From positions 35,043-99,042 of the forward strand of contig CAYMKL010000003.1 of assembly GCA_964390805.1 (NCBI GenBank): a stretch of DNA of 64,000 nt. The letters run 5' to 3'. The notes beneath the pieces were generated by a model. It saw nothing but the letters and a program-made list of their open reading frames with translations. It was not told the DNA's origin and did not search any database. This DNA comes from an uncultured Anaerolineae bacterium (lineage in GTDB: Bacteria > Chloroflexota > Anaerolineae > VGOG01). This document shows positions 42,304-56,712 of this stretch, in pieces (the stretch's first letter is position 1; each line of letters opens with the position of its first letter). A program made the position numbers and the translations under genes.

Positions 42304-43425
42304 TCAATCTCCCAAGCGCAAGCCGCCGTATGCGCCATGCTTTTTCGCGGCGGCGAGAAAGGCCTCGACGTTCTCCATTGACGTATCTGCTTGAATGATG
42401 TGCGCCGGGGATATCATGTAGCCGCCGCCGCGCCCCAGCACCTCGATTTTTGCCTTCACGTCGGCCTCGATCTCTTCGGGGGTACCAAAGGGCAGAAGGT
42501 TCTGCTGATCAATGGCGCCCCAGAAAGAGAGTCGGTCGCCGAACTGGCTCTTGAGATCCTCAGGCTCGTGGCCCGGCACATTGGGCTGCACCGGGTTGAA
42601 AACCTCCAGGCCGACCTCGATCCACTCCCCCAAAATCGGGGCCACCGCTCCATCACAATGTTGCATGATCACCACGTCAGGGTTGATGGCCTTCAGCTCG
42701 GCATAGATCTGGCGATAGGCTTCCTTGAAGTACTTGCGCCACATCCTGGGCGAGATGAGCATCCCTTGCTGGCCCCCAAAATCATCGCCGGCCCAGATGC
42801 CGTGCACACCCATCGAGACCAGCTTCTTGCCGATAGCCAGAGAGAAGTTCTTGGTCTTTTCGATCAGCGCCTCGACGTAGGGTTTGCTCATGGCCATGTC
42901 TATCAACAGCTTTTCCATGCCCACCGACAGGTGCATCAAGTCGAACATAGTCAATTCCATGTCGCCGACGATGAAATACTCGTCTTTGTACTTGTCAATG
43001 TACATCTCGGCATCATCAAAGCGGCCATCGGCCAAAGGATCGGGGAACTCGAATTCCTCGACATCCTGGGGCGTCTCAAAGTGAGCCATAGGGGGCGGGG
43101 CAATCACTTCCATGTAGACCGGTCCCTGGCGCAGCTTCATGTTGAACTCGTTGACGATGTACCCGTTTTCATCCACCGGATGCTCGTACCCTCGGGGGAG
43201 ACTGGCGCCGACGATGACGCAGTCACTGCCCATGGCCACGCGCAGTTCGTTGGCCGAAAGGCGGTACGTGACATCCTCGTAGTAGGCCGTGGTGTAGTGT
43301 ACGGGGATGCCGTACTTTTCTCCGAAACCGTCCAGCAGCGAGCGGCACAGGTCGAACTGTATGGGCACGCGGTCGGGGAGCCCCGTGCGGCGCAGTGCAG
43401 TAGATACGCGTTCTTGCGAATTCAT
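42304..43425 (-). CDS. Uroporphyrinogen decarboxylase (URO-D/MtaA) superfamily protein
   Basis: MNSQERV..PDRVP, GDDFGGQ..MLISP..WR, HCDG, NPVQP, WGAIDQQ.LLP.GTPEEI, GGYMISPAH. Confidence 0.85.
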   Translation of the reverse strand: MNSQERVSTALRRTGLPDRVPIQFDLCRSLLDGFGEKYGIPVHYTTAYYEDVTYRLSANELRVAMGSDCVIVGASLPRGYEHPVDENGYIVNEFNMKLRQGPVYMEVIAPPPMAHFETPQDVEEFEFPDPLADGRFDDAEMYIDKYKDEYFIVGDMELTMFDLMHLSVGMEKLLIDMAMSKPYVEALIEKTKNFSLAIGKKLVSMGVHGIWAGDDFGGQQGMLISPRMWRKYFKEAYRQIYAELKAINPDVVIMQHCDGAVAPILGEWIEVGLEVFNPVQPNVPGHEPEDLKSQFGDRLSFWGAIDQQNLLPFGTPEEIEADVKAKIEVLGRGGGYMISPAHIIQADTSMENVEAFLAAAKKHGAYGGLRLGD

Positions 43426-43452
43426 CTCAATTCCTCCTTCGTTTCGTACGAA

Positions 43453-43800
43453 TCAATCCAGATGGAAGACCTCTTCCAGTTCCACCATGCTTTCGTCGGC
43501 CCTTCGGCCATGCTCAGGACAGGCGTGGACGCCGCCCAACCCCTCGAAGTATGGGGCCATGAAGTCCTGCCACCTGGCGTTGATTTCTTCCTGCGCCATG
43601 CCGTCCAGGGCGGCCTGGAAATTCTCCGGGGTCTCAAAGTAGCCGAAGAGCAGGCCGTCGTCGCGCATGAACAGCGAGTAGTTGTGCCAGCCCGTTCGCC
43701 GCAGGGCATTGAGCATTTCGGGCCAGACGGCCTGGTGGTGCTTCTTGTATTCCTCGATCTTGTCCTCTTTGACCTTCAGCAGAAATCCTACGCGCTTCAC
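43453..43800 (-). CDS. rhaM: L-rhamnose mutarotase
   Basis: EYKKHH.AVWPEML, GWHNYSLF, WQ.FMA, LEEVFHLD. Confidence 0.92.
   Translation of the reverse strand: MKRVGFLLKVKEDKIEEYKKHHQAVWPEMLNALRRTGWHNYSLFMRDDGLLFGYFETPENFQAALDGMAQEEINARWQDFMAPYFEGLGGVHACPEHGRRADESMVELEEVFHLD
43500..43523 (+). repeat. 24-bp mini-element in frame (antisense) in rhaM
   Basis: CCCTTCGGCCATGCTCAGGACAGG; adds ACPEHGRR. Confidence 0.85.
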
Positions 43801-43830
43801 GATATTTCTCCTTCCTCTGAACTTATGAAC

Positions 43831-44832
43831 TTAGCGGACAACGCTCCGCACGGCGTTGACGATGTCCCGCTCGTTGGGAATGGCCTCCAGCTCCAGGGGG
43901 CCGCTGTAGGGCAGAGGCACATCCTCGGTGGCCACCTGCATGATGGGTGCGTCCAGCCAGTCGAAAGCCTCCCGCTGCACCTGGGCAGCAACTTCGGCTG
44001 TGAAGCCGCCTGTCAGATGACCCTCATTGACCACCACCAGTCGCCCCGTCTTCTCCACCGATCTGACGATGGCGCCAATGTCAAGGGGTTTGAGCGTGCG
44101 CGGGTCAATGACTTCGGCCTCAATGCCCTGCCGGGCCAGCTCTTCGGCGGCGTTCAGGGCAAAAAGGATCATTCGCGAGGTAGCCACGATGGTTACGTCG
44201 TCGCCCTCGCGTTTCACGTCGGCCACGCCGATGGGGATGAGGTACTCCTCCTCGGGCACAGGACCCGTGGTGTTGTAGAGCAGTTTGTGCTCAATGAAAA
44301 CCACCGGGTTGTCGTCGCGGATGGCCGACTTGAGCAGGCCCTTGGCATCGTAGGGCGTGGAAGGCTGGATGACGATCAGGCCGGGGACGTGTACGAACCA
44401 CATCTCAAGGCTCTGTGAATGTTGGGCCGCATTGCCCCGTCCGCCGCCGCCCTGGGTGCGGATGACCAGGGGGGCGCGCGCCTTGCCGCCAAACATGTAG
44501 CGGGCCTTGGCCGCCTGGTTGACGATCTGGTCCATGGCCAGCGTGCAGAAGTCAATGTAGAGGATTTCGACCACGGGCCGCAGGCCGGTCATGGCCGCGC
44601 CGACGGCGATGCCGGTAAAACCGGCCTCAGAGATGGGTGTGTCGCGCACCCGCTTTTCGCCAAAGCGGTCGTACAAACCCCGTGTGATTTGAAACGGGCT
44701 GCCATAACTGCCAACATCCTCGCCCATCACACAGACCGACGGATCGCGCTCCATCTCTTCGTGGAGAGCCTCGTTGAGCGCTTCCCTGTACTGCAATTGC
44801 CGAGCGGCCATCGTGTCTTTGTTCTCAGGCAT
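43831..44832 (-). CDS. TPP-dependent dehydrogenase E1 beta subunit
   Basis: GEDVG, DTPISE, GLRPVVE, AQHSQS, DAKGLLKSA, EVIDPRTLKPLD. Confidence 0.92.
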   Translation of the reverse strand: MPENKDTMAARQLQYREALNEALHEEMERDPSVCVMGEDVGSYGSPFQITRGLYDRFGEKRVRDTPISEAGFTGIAVGAAMTGLRPVVEILYIDFCTLAMDQIVNQAAKARYMFGGKARAPLVIRTQGGGGRGNAAQHSQSLEMWFVHVPGLIVIQPSTPYDAKGLLKSAIRDDNPVVFIEHKLLYNTTGPVPEEEYLIPIGVADVKREGDDVTIVATSRMILFALNAAEELARQGIEAEVIDPRTLKPLDIGAIVRSVEKTGRLVVVNEGHLTGGFTAEVAAQVQREAFDWLDAPIMQVATEDVPLPYSGPLELEAIPNERDIVNAVRSVVR

Positions 44833-45790
44833 ACACGTCTTTCCAAAGTGTCTTGATTTCGGGGTCGGGGCTGTTGATGGCAAAAGCGACAGCTTCTTCG
44901 ATCTCGACCTTGGCTTTCCGCCGCAGCGCCGCCAGCTCTTCTTCCGAAACATCCATTTCGCTGGCCAGGTAGCGCCCGAAGCGGCTGATGGGATCCCGCT
45001 CAGGTGATTTCCACGCCTCGGCTTCACCCTGGGGGCGATAGGTGAGTGGGTCGCCCACGGTGTGGCCTTCGATGCGGTAGGTTTCGGCAACCAGCAACGT
45101 TGGGCCATTGCCACGGCGCGCCCGCTCCGCCGCCTGGCGCACTGCCTCGTACACGCCCAACACGTCGTTGCCGTCCACGGTGACACCGGGCAGTCCAAAG
45201 GCCTGGGCCTTCTGCTCAATGCGCTCGACAGCGATGAAGGGCAAGCTGGGGCTGAACTCGGCGTACTTGTTCTCCTCGCAGAGATAGATGACGGGCAGTT
45301 TCCATAGGGCGGCCATGTTAGCTGCTTCCATCAAGACTCCCTGGTTGCTGGCCCCGTCGCCGAAAAAGCAAACGGCCACCTGGCCGGAGCCGCGCAAATC
45401 GGCAGAATAGGCCGCGCCGGTGGCGATGCCGATCCCGCCGCCGACGATGCCATTGGCCCCCAGAATACCCAGGTCGAGGTCGGCGATGTGCATCGAGCCT
45501 CCCTTGCCCCTGCAATAGCCCGTGGCTTTGCCCAGCAACTCGGCCATCATCAACTTTGGATCGCCGCCCTTGGCCAGGCAGTGGCCGTGACCGCGATGGG
45601 TGCTGGTGATATAATCGTCGCGGTCGAGGGCCGCGCATGCGCCGACGGCCACGGCCTCCTGGCCGATGTAGGCGTGGGTCGTGCCCCGGATTCTATCGAG
45701 CCGGTACTGCTCTATGGCGCTTTGGTCAAAGTAGCGGATGAGCCATAGGCGGTAATACATGTCGGTCAGTTTGTCACGGCTGAGGTTCAT
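44825..45790 (-). CDS. TPP-dependent dehydrogenase E1 alpha subunit
   Basis: GQEA, STHRGHGH, GKGGSMH, FFGDGASN..CEENKY, YR..GH. Confidence 0.92.
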   Translation of the reverse strand: MNLSRDKLTDMYYRLWLIRYFDQSAIEQYRLDRIRGTTHAYIGQEAVAVGACAALDRDDYITSTHRGHGHCLAKGGDPKLMMAELLGKATGYCRGKGGSMHIADLDLGILGANGIVGGGIGIATGAAYSADLRGSGQVAVCFFGDGASNQGVLMEAANMAALWKLPVIYLCEENKYAEFSPSLPFIAVERIEQKAQAFGLPGVTVDGNDVLGVYEAVRQAAERARRGNGPTLLVAETYRIEGHTVGDPLTYRPQGEAEAWKSPERDPISRFGRYLASEMDVSEEELAALRRKAKVEIEEAVAFAINSPDPEIKTLWKDVYA

Positions 45791-45800
45791 GACAGCACTC

Positions 45801-46769
45801 TCACAGCAGTTCGCGGAGCTGGCGCGCGATACCGGCCGCATCAAGCCCGTAGTGGGCGTACAAGGCCAGGGGAGGGCCGATGAGGGCATACTCATCCGGC
45901 AAGCCATGCCGGCGGAATTTGCAGCGAGCGCCGGCCTCGGCCACCACCTCGGCCACAGCGCTGCCCAATCCCCCGATGATGTTGTGCTCCTCGACTGTGA
46001 GCACGGCTCCGGTCGCGGCTGCTTCCAGCACGGCGTCTACGTCTATGGGCTTGACCGTGTGCACATCTGTCACCCGCACCGACAGGCCATCTTCAGTCTC
46101 CAGGACTTCGGCCGCCTCCAGCGCAGCCCCTAAAGGCAGGCCGGTGGTCAGTACGGCTGCGTCACTTCCATCGCGCACGGTGATAGCCCGGCCAAAGGCG
46201 AAATCGGCCGGTGGTTGCCCGTAAACCGGCTTCTCACGGCCGCGCCCCAGGCGGAAGTAGATCGGCCCAGGGTGGCTAACAGAAGCTTTCAACGCAGCTT
46301 CGGCCAGGTTGGCGTCCACGGTGCCAAAGACAGTCATCTCGGCAAACGACCGCATAATTGCCAGATCCTCGGTGGCATGATGCGAGGAACCATAGAACCC
46401 CATGGTGATCCCGGCGTGGTGGGCCAGAACACGGACGGGGAGCCGGGGATAGCACACGTCGGTGCGGATCTGTTCCGCACACAACAGGCCGATGAAGCTG
46501 GCATAGGTGGCCACATAGGGCAGTAGCCCCGCCGCCGCCATGCCTGCCGCGGCCGATACCATGTTCTTTTCCGCGATGCCAAAGTTGAAAAAGCGATCGG
46601 GGTGAACGCGGGCAAAGTCGTACAGCCGGTTAGAATGTTTGAGATCGGCTGTCAGGACTACGATCTGTGGGTGATCGTTTCCCAATTCGGCCAGCACCTG
46701 GCCCCAATTGAGATATGGTGCCAGGCGAGTTGAGGTAGGAAGATCCCAGGTGTCGGGGTGTAGCGTCAT
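45801..46769 (-). CDS. Transketolase, C-terminal (beta) subunit
   Basis: LTADL, FGIAEKNM, EQIR.D, G.SHHATED, YFRLGR, VEEHN..GGLGS. Confidence 0.9.
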   Translation of the reverse strand: MTLHPDTWDLPTSTRLAPYLNWGQVLAELGNDHPQIVVLTADLKHSNRLYDFARVHPDRFFNFGIAEKNMVSAAAGMAAAGLLPYVATYASFIGLLCAEQIRTDVCYPRLPVRVLAHHAGITMGFYGSSHHATEDLAIMRSFAEMTVFGTVDANLAEAALKASVSHPGPIYFRLGRGREKPVYGQPPADFAFGRAITVRDGSDAAVLTTGLPLGAALEAAEVLETEDGLSVRVTDVHTVKPIDVDAVLEAAATGAVLTVEEHNIIGGLGSAVAEVVAEAGARCKFRRHGLPDEYALIGPPLALYAHYGLDAAGIARQLRELL

Positions 46770-47605
46770 CGGGCTTCCTCCAGCTCAGTCAAAGCCCTCG
46801 CCTGGTCCTCGGGCGCCAGGTAGCCCAGGTGCCATTCGAATTTGTCTTCCATGAAGGAGACCCCTTTGCCGGCTACGGTATGGGCGATGATGACAGTAGG
46901 CTGGTTGGAGCCCGTGTCGGGCAGTCCGGCGAAGCAATCCAATAACGCTTCGAGATCGTGGCCGTCCACCTCGCGAACCCGCCAGCCAAAGGCGGCCCAT
47001 TTATCGGGTAAAGGCTCGATTTGCATGACCTCGGCCGTCGCGCCATCCACCGAGACACGGTTGCGATCCACCACGCCAACCAGATTGCCCAGGCCAAAAT
47101 GCGCCGCGCTCATGGCCGCCTCCCACACCTGGCCCTCATCCAGTTCGCCATCGCCCAGGAGCACAACCACGCGGTGGTCGCGCCCGGTGACTCGCGCCGC
47201 CAGCGCCATACCAACTCCCACCGAAAGGCCGTGGCCCAGAGACCCCGATGAGAAATCAATGCCTGGGATCTTGCGCATGTCAGGGTGATCGCCAAAGGGG
47301 CTACCCAGCCGGGTGTAAGTATCGAGCAGCTCTGGGGCAAAAAAGCCCACGTCGGCCAGGAGCGGATACAGTCCCACTGCGGCGTGGCCCTTGGAGAGAA
47401 TGAAGCGGTCTCGATCCGGCCAGTCTGGATTCCTGGGATCGTAGCTCAGCACGTGGTAGTAAAGCACAGCGAAGATCTCCGCTGCGGAGAAAACTGATCC
47501 ATAGTGCCCGCTCCTGGCAATCGCAATCAGGCGGATGGTTTCCCGGCGGCAAAGATAAGCTTTGTCTCTGAGGGTAGACAAGAGCGCCTTCCGATCTGTG
47601 GGCAT
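46766..47605 (-). CDS. Transketolase, N-terminal (alpha) subunit
   Basis: SGHYG, RDRFILSKGH, GSLGHGLS, GDGELDEG.VWE..DRN, GKGV.FME..WH. Confidence 0.9.
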   Translation of the reverse strand: MPTDRKALLSTLRDKAYLCRRETIRLIAIARSGHYGSVFSAAEIFAVLYYHVLSYDPRNPDWPDRDRFILSKGHAAVGLYPLLADVGFFAPELLDTYTRLGSPFGDHPDMRKIPGIDFSSGSLGHGLSVGVGMALAARVTGRDHRVVVLLGDGELDEGQVWEAAMSAAHFGLGNLVGVVDRNRVSVDGATAEVMQIEPLPDKWAAFGWRVREVDGHDLEALLDCFAGLPDTGSNQPTVIIAHTVAGKGVSFMEDKFEWHLGYLAPEDQARALTELEEAR

Positions 47606-47619
47606 TGCGGCTACCTCCC

Positions 47620-48363
47620 CTATCTCATCAGCAACCCGGCGTTCACGTCAATTGTGGCTCCGGTGATAGCCGCCGCCGCTGGCGAGCACAGAAAGGCGAC
47701 CACCTCCGCCACCTCTTCGGGCTGCATAAACCGGCCCAGCGGGATTCTGGCTCGCAGGTCACGCCTGATCTGCTCCGGCCAGTCGGCGGTGAGGTCGGTT
47801 TCGACGGGGCCAGGGGCGATGGCGTTGACGGTGACGCCATGCGGAGCCAGCAGCCGGGCAAAGGCCTTGGTCAACCCCAGGAGGCCGGCCTTGCTGGCAG
47901 CATAGTGCACCCCTACGGAAATCCCACCCATCTGTCCGGCCAGCGACGCGACGTTGATCACCCTCCCCCAACCCGACGCCCGTAACCCCGGCAAGGCCGC
48001 CTGGATGCACAGAAAAGCCCCCTTGAGGTTCACTGCCAGAACTTGGTCCCACTCTGCCTCGCTGATGTCGTCCGGTGATGTGAGGCGACAGATGCCGGCG
48101 TTGTTCACTAAGATCTCGAGCTGGCCTATGTGCGCAAACGCAGCCCGGACAGCATGGGCGTCGGACACATCAAAGACATAGGTCGAAGCCTCACCACCCT
48201 GGGCACTGATCAAGCGCGCCGTCTCGTCCAGGGTGCTGGCGTCAATGTCCCCCAAAACCACCCGGGCTCCCAGTTCGGCCAGCCGTCGGCTGATGGCCCG
48301 TCCCAGTCCCCGTCCGGCACCCGTCACCAGGGCTGTACGGCCAATAAGATGATGTGTCTCCAA
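47620..48363 (-). CDS. SDR oxidoreductase
   Basis: TGAGRGLG, NNAG, YAASK. Confidence 0.9.
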   Translation of the reverse strand: METHHLIGRTALVTGAGRGLGRAISRRLAELGARVVLGDIDASTLDETARLISAQGGEASTYVFDVSDAHAVRAAFAHIGQLEILVNNAGICRLTSPDDISEAEWDQVLAVNLKGAFLCIQAALPGLRASGWGRVINVASLAGQMGGISVGVHYAASKAGLLGLTKAFARLLAPHGVTVNAIAPGPVETDLTADWPEQIRRDLRARIPLGRFMQPEEVAEVVAFLCSPAAAAITGATIDVNAGLLMR

Positions 48364-48390
48364 CTCGAACTCCTTGAAAGAGGGAAGCCT

Positions 48391-48762
48391 TCACTCTTTG
48401 TGTGGATCGTAAGCGCCGGGAGTCACGGGTGGCGAGAAGAGGGTTACTAATTTGAGCGGCTCCTCCCCATCAACGCGGATTTGATGGGAAAGGCCGGGGG
48501 GAATAAAGACCGCCACGCCTGGTTCCAACTGGGTCTCTTGCCCCTCAGCGATGATAGCTCCTGCACCCGAGAGAATGTATATGATCTCCTCTTGAGTTGC
48601 ATGGGCATGAGTCGCCGCCAGCGTATCGGCGGGAAACTCGGCCAGACCGAAGACCAAGTTTCTGGCCTGGCTATTTTGTGGACCAAGTAGATAAAACCAA
48701 TCCCGACCGGGCAAGTGGTAAACAGTACAATCGTCAATGTGAGCTCTCTCGATTTCAGCCAT
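48391..48762 (-). CDS. Cupin domain protein
   Basis: HAH..QEE..YILSG, IPPGLSH. Confidence 0.85.
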   Translation of the reverse strand: MAEIERAHIDDCTVYHLPGRDWFYLLGPQNSQARNLVFGLAEFPADTLAATHAHATQEEIIYILSGAGAIIAEGQETQLEPGVAVFIPPGLSHQIRVDGEEPLKLVTLFSPPVTPGAYDPHKE

Positions 48763-48785
48763 ACCTTCTCCTATGTGGTGGGGGC

Positions 48786-49580
48786 TCAATCGCCGACGGC
48801 TGCCGCTACGACGCCGTCAGGGAACCGCTGGAGCAAAACCGGGTCGTGGGGGGGAACTACGATGTCGGCTAACTCGCGGATACGGGCCATCGCCTGGTAG
48901 CACTCCGCGATGTCTATGGCCAGGCCAACCGGGTGGTTCTTCTCCAGGTTTTCATAATAGAAGACCGTATCGCCAGGAAAGACGGCCAGGCCCTGGTTGG
49001 TCTGGACGGTGAACGCCTGGCTGCACATCGTGTGCCCACCGATGTAGAAAGCGCCAATGCCGGGGACGATCTCTGGCGCTTCGTCATCCACCAGGATCAG
49101 CCGGTCGCGGGCCTGGCCAGCGAAGTAGGCCAGCACGTCGCGCGGGAAGAGGATGTCGGGCGTCAGAGCAGGATGCGGTGGGTCAAGTGTCAGATGCCAG
49201 CCGGTGCGCGATACGATGAATTTGGCGTTGGGGAACAGCTTGGCGTTTGAACAATGATCGTAATGAAGATGGGTGATAAAAACATAGTCCACGTCAGCGG
49301 GGTCAATGCCCTCCTGCCGCAGTAGCAGGGGGACGTTTTGCGTCTCCATGTCCATCCGGAAGCGCCCCTTGTGTCCCACTCCGGCCAGGACGAGGGGTTG
49401 GATCTCGTTCACGTCGCGGACACCAGTGTCAATCAGCATGACTTTGCCGTCGTCCCTGCGTAGAATGAACAGGAAAAAGTCCGCCACCATCCACTCTCCC
49501 CAGCGCGACATGAAGAACATCTGGGGACCGGGTACGGATTGCTCACAGTATTTGATCGCTTTGATGCTATAGGTCGCCAT
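48786..49580 (-). CDS. N-acyl homoserine lactonase-family MBL hydrolase (candidate sugar lactonase)
   Basis: IDTG, THLHYDH, GGHT, PGD, PHDP. Confidence 0.85.
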   Translation of the reverse strand: MATYSIKAIKYCEQSVPGPQMFFMSRWGEWMVADFFLFILRRDDGKVMLIDTGVRDVNEIQPLVLAGVGHKGRFRMDMETQNVPLLLRQEGIDPADVDYVFITHLHYDHCSNAKLFPNAKFIVSRTGWHLTLDPPHPALTPDILFPRDVLAYFAGQARDRLILVDDEAPEIVPGIGAFYIGGHTMCSQAFTVQTNQGLAVFPGDTVFYYENLEKNHPVGLAIDIAECYQAMARIRELADIVVPPHDPVLLQRFPDGVVAAAVGD

Positions 49581-49592
49581 CTCTGCGCCCTC

Positions 49593-50351
49593 CTACTGAA
49601 GATTAACAGATGTGCCGCCGTCCACGACCAACATGGCCCCAGTGCACCAGGCTGAGTCGTCGCTGGCGAAGAAGAGAACCGGGCCAGTGATGTCCTCAGG
49701 CTGGCCCAGGCGTCCTAACGGAGCCCGCTTCGACCAGTACTCCCGCACCGCAGGATCGGCCAGGGCCTCGCGGTTGATGTCGGTCTCGACCGTGCCGGGC
49801 AAGACGGCGTTGCAGGTGATGCCGTGCGGCCCCAACGAGATGGCCATGGATTTCACCAGCAGATTGATGCCCGCTTTTGAAGCGCAGTAGTGCGCCTGTG
49901 AGCTGCCGCCGAACTCGGAAGAGATGGAACTGACGGCGATGATGCGCCCTTTCACCCCCTGCTCGACCATCACTTTGGCCACCGTCTGGGAGCATAGAAA
50001 GTAGCCTTTCAGATTCACGTCGAGCACCTGGTCCCACAGCTTCTCGCTCATGTCCAGGAAGTCCTCAAAGGGGCAGATTCCGGCATCGTTGACCAGGATG
50101 TCAATGGTGTTCCACTGTGCTAACACTGCATCCACCATGGCCTGCACCTGGCCCTGGTCGGATACGTCGGTACGGACGAACATGGCCTGGCTCTCGACAG
50201 CCTTGATGAGGCGGACGGTCTCGTGGCCTTCCTCTTCGCGCAAGTCTACGATGGCTACCTTGGCGCCCTCCTGGCCAAAGCGCAGCGCGATCGCCCGGCC
50301 AATTCCGCGTGCTGCCCCGGTGACAATGGCTACCTTGTCTTTCAGACGCAT
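49593..50351 (-). CDS. SDR oxidoreductase, L-rhamnose 1-dehydrogenase (LRA1)-like
   Basis: TGAARGIG, AGICPF..FL, VSSIS..GG..QAHY..SKAG, CN.VLPGT.ETDIN. Confidence 0.75.
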   Translation of the reverse strand: MRLKDKVAIVTGAARGIGRAIALRFGQEGAKVAIVDLREEEGHETVRLIKAVESQAMFVRTDVSDQGQVQAMVDAVLAQWNTIDILVNDAGICPFEDFLDMSEKLWDQVLDVNLKGYFLCSQTVAKVMVEQGVKGRIIAVSSISSEFGGSSQAHYCASKAGINLLVKSMAISLGPHGITCNAVLPGTVETDINREALADPAVREYWSKRAPLGRLGQPEDITGPVLFFASDDSAWCTGAMLVVDGGTSVNLQ

Positions 50352-50368
50352 GATCCTTACCCTTGACC

Positions 50369-50403
50369 CAGGACTGGCAGCCCTGGAAGGACTGCCAGTC
50401 CTG
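50369..50403 (-). other. Hairpin downstream of the quadruple binding-protein gene
   Basis: CAGGACTGGCAG / CTGCCAGTCCTG arms. Confidence 0.65.
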
Positions 50404-50430
50404 ATCAGGTACATTAGTGTTGCGAAACGA

Positions 50431-54540
<4,110 letters not shown>

Positions 54541-54638
54541 TCTTCTACCCTCCTTGGTTGTTGAGAATTGTCCCCTTATCTGACAGTCGCGATTTCGTAG
54601 AGCACATGAGAGATCGTTTTTGCAGCACCTCCTTTCTC

Positions 54639-55655
54639 CTAAGCCACAGAGTCTTGCGGATGGCTGATTCGACGGCGGCGGTTCAGGATAGTACGAACCT
54701 GATTCGCCAGATTGGGAATTAGCACCGACAGAATCAAGAGGACGCCGACCACGCCCGTTTGCACGTGACCGGTGATATTGGCGAGCGACATCCCATTGCG
54801 TAGATTGAGAACAAGCAGGATAGACAGCAGCACGCCATAGATTGACCCGGAGCCGCCAAAGATGCTGACTCCACCCAGGAGCACCATAGTGATAATGTCC
54901 AGCTCGAAGCCGTTTGCCAGGTCCCCCCGGACTGCCCCCAGCCGGGCTGCAAACAGCAGTCCTGTCAGGGCGGCGATGGTGCCCGAGGCGGCGAACAGGA
55001 GCATCTTGACCCGGCGCACTTTGACGCCTGCGTAGCGGGCAACGTCACTGCTGTTGCCAATGACGTACACGTAGCGACCAAAGCCAGAGTAGGCCAGGAT
55101 CACGATGGCAGCGGCTAGAAGAATGAAAAAGATGATCATCGCCAGGGGGAAGGGGCCAATGAGGGGCTGCTGCCCCAGAGCATCGAACCACTCGGGAAAA
55201 TGCCCAATAGAGCGATCCTCCAGCAGGACGCGGGCCAGCCCGCGATACATGATCAGAGTGGCCAAGGTGACGACCAGGGATGTAAGGCCCACATAGGCGA
55301 TCCAGAAGCCGTTGAACAGGCCCCCGAGCACGCCAATGAGCAACCCAACCAGCAGGCCGGTCGGCACCGGCACGCCCCGCTCGAAGAGCCAGGCCAGAGC
55401 ACAGGCAGACAGGCCCATCATCGAAGCCACCGATAGGTCAATCTCGGCGTTGATGATGATAAAGGTCATCACCAGAGCAACGATGATCTTTTCGATGGAC
55501 AACTGGAACAGGTTTATCTGGTTTCCGATGCTGAGATAGGCCGGCGCCTGGATGGTGTTGATGACGATGATTACAAGCAGAAGGACAAGTAGCAACCCTT
55601 CCCAGCTCTTGAGTTTCTCCCAGGCTCCTGACAGAAACGCTCCACTACGCGACAT
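54639..55655 (-). CDS. Sugar ABC permease (RhaQ-like)
   Basis: [32 protein letters not shown]. Confidence 0.9.
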   Translation of the reverse strand: MSRSGAFLSGAWEKLKSWEGLLLVLLLVIIVINTIQAPAYLSIGNQINLFQLSIEKIIVALVMTFIIINAEIDLSVASMMGLSACALAWLFERGVPVPTGLLVGLLIGVLGGLFNGFWIAYVGLTSLVVTLATLIMYRGLARVLLEDRSIGHFPEWFDALGQQPLIGPFPLAMIIFFILLAAAIVILAYSGFGRYVYVIGNSSDVARYAGVKVRRVKMLLFAASGTIAALTGLLFAARLGAVRGDLANGFELDIITMVLLGGVSIFGGSGSIYGVLLSILLVLNLRNGMSLANITGHVQTGVVGVLLILSVLIPNLANQVRTILNRRRRISHPQDSVA

Positions 55656-56712
55656 AGCTGCTTTCCTCCTGCTGTGTCTGGTCTTTGGCAGCCACAGTTT
55701 CTATTTGGAACCCGCTCCGGGCCCAGGCGTTGCGCAGACGGTTCATGATTACGGCGTCGGCAGCAACGGCCAGCAAAATGAGCAGGCCCAACAAAGCATC
55801 CCGCCAGAACTCGCTGATTTCCAGCCAGCGGATGAGGCTATTGTCAATCAGGTCTATCAAGATCGCACCGAGCAAGGCGCCGATGGCGGTGCCGACGCCA
55901 CCATTGTTGCTCACCCCGCCGACCACGACGGCGGCTATCGAGGATAGTTCCAGCCCCAGCCCAGCCACGACGGTGATGTTGCCAAAGCGGGTCAGGAACA
56001 TGAAGCCTGCCAGCCCGGACAGCGCGCCGCACAGCACAAAGGCGATGAACACAATGCGCTGCGAGGGAAACCCGGCCACGCGGGCAGCATCGGGGTTCGA
56101 CCCGATGGCGTACAGCCGGCGGCCATAGGGCAGGTAGGTGAGCATCAATTGGAAGAAGATAACGACGAGGATCATTGCGCCTACCATGACCCGCAGGTCC
56201 AGGTCGCCAAAGCTGACGATGTTAACCCGAGGCAAGTTCAGGATCCACTCCGGCAGATCTGCGGTCAGCACGGTCTGGGCATCCGAATACTCCACCAGCA
56301 TTGTGCGATAGATGGCCAGCGTACCCAGGGTCACGATCACGGCTGGGATCCGGCCATAGGCGACCAGCAGGCCATTGACGGAGCCCAGGATGGCGCCGAC
56401 GCCGATGGCCATCAGGATCGCCACTGCCGGCGCCATGTCGTTGTTGCCAGTCAACTGCTGCCCGACAAAGTAGGCCGTGAAGCCCACGATAGAACCGACC
56501 GAAAGGTCGTAGTTGCGCGTCAGGAAGACCAATGTTTGGCCAACAGCCATCACGCCGATAATGGCCACGCTGGTGGAGATCCGGTTAAAGAAACGGGGAG
56601 TGTAGTAGTTGTCAATCTGCGTTCCGAAGAATAGGAGCACAAAGATGATGAGGAGTAGGGTGACCAACTCGCGGATCTGATCGGGTTGAAAGCGGCGTCT
56701 CAGAGTGCTCAT
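55645..56712 (-). CDS. Sugar ABC permease (RhaP-like)
   Basis: [44 protein letters not shown]. Confidence 0.9.
   Translation of the reverse strand: MSTLRRRFQPDQIRELVTLLLIIFVLLFFGTQIDNYYTPRFFNRISTSVAIIGVMAVGQTLVFLTRNYDLSVGSIVGFTAYFVGQQLTGNNDMAPAVAILMAIGVGAILGSVNGLLVAYGRIPAVIVTLGTLAIYRTMLVEYSDAQTVLTADLPEWILNLPRVNIVSFGDLDLRVMVGAMILVVIFFQLMLTYLPYGRRLYAIGSNPDAARVAGFPSQRIVFIAFVLCGALSGLAGFMFLTRFGNITVVAGLGLELSSIAAVVVGGVSNNGGVGTAIGALLGAILIDLIDNSLIRWLEISEFWRDALLGLLILLAVAADAVIMNRLRNAWARSGFQIETVAAKDQTQQEESSYVA

Noticed and set aside
48786-49580. Quorum-quenching system
   Set aside because: The fold is AHL-lactonase-like, but its position next to a sugar dehydrogenase favours a metabolic lactonase; no luxI/luxR genes are present.
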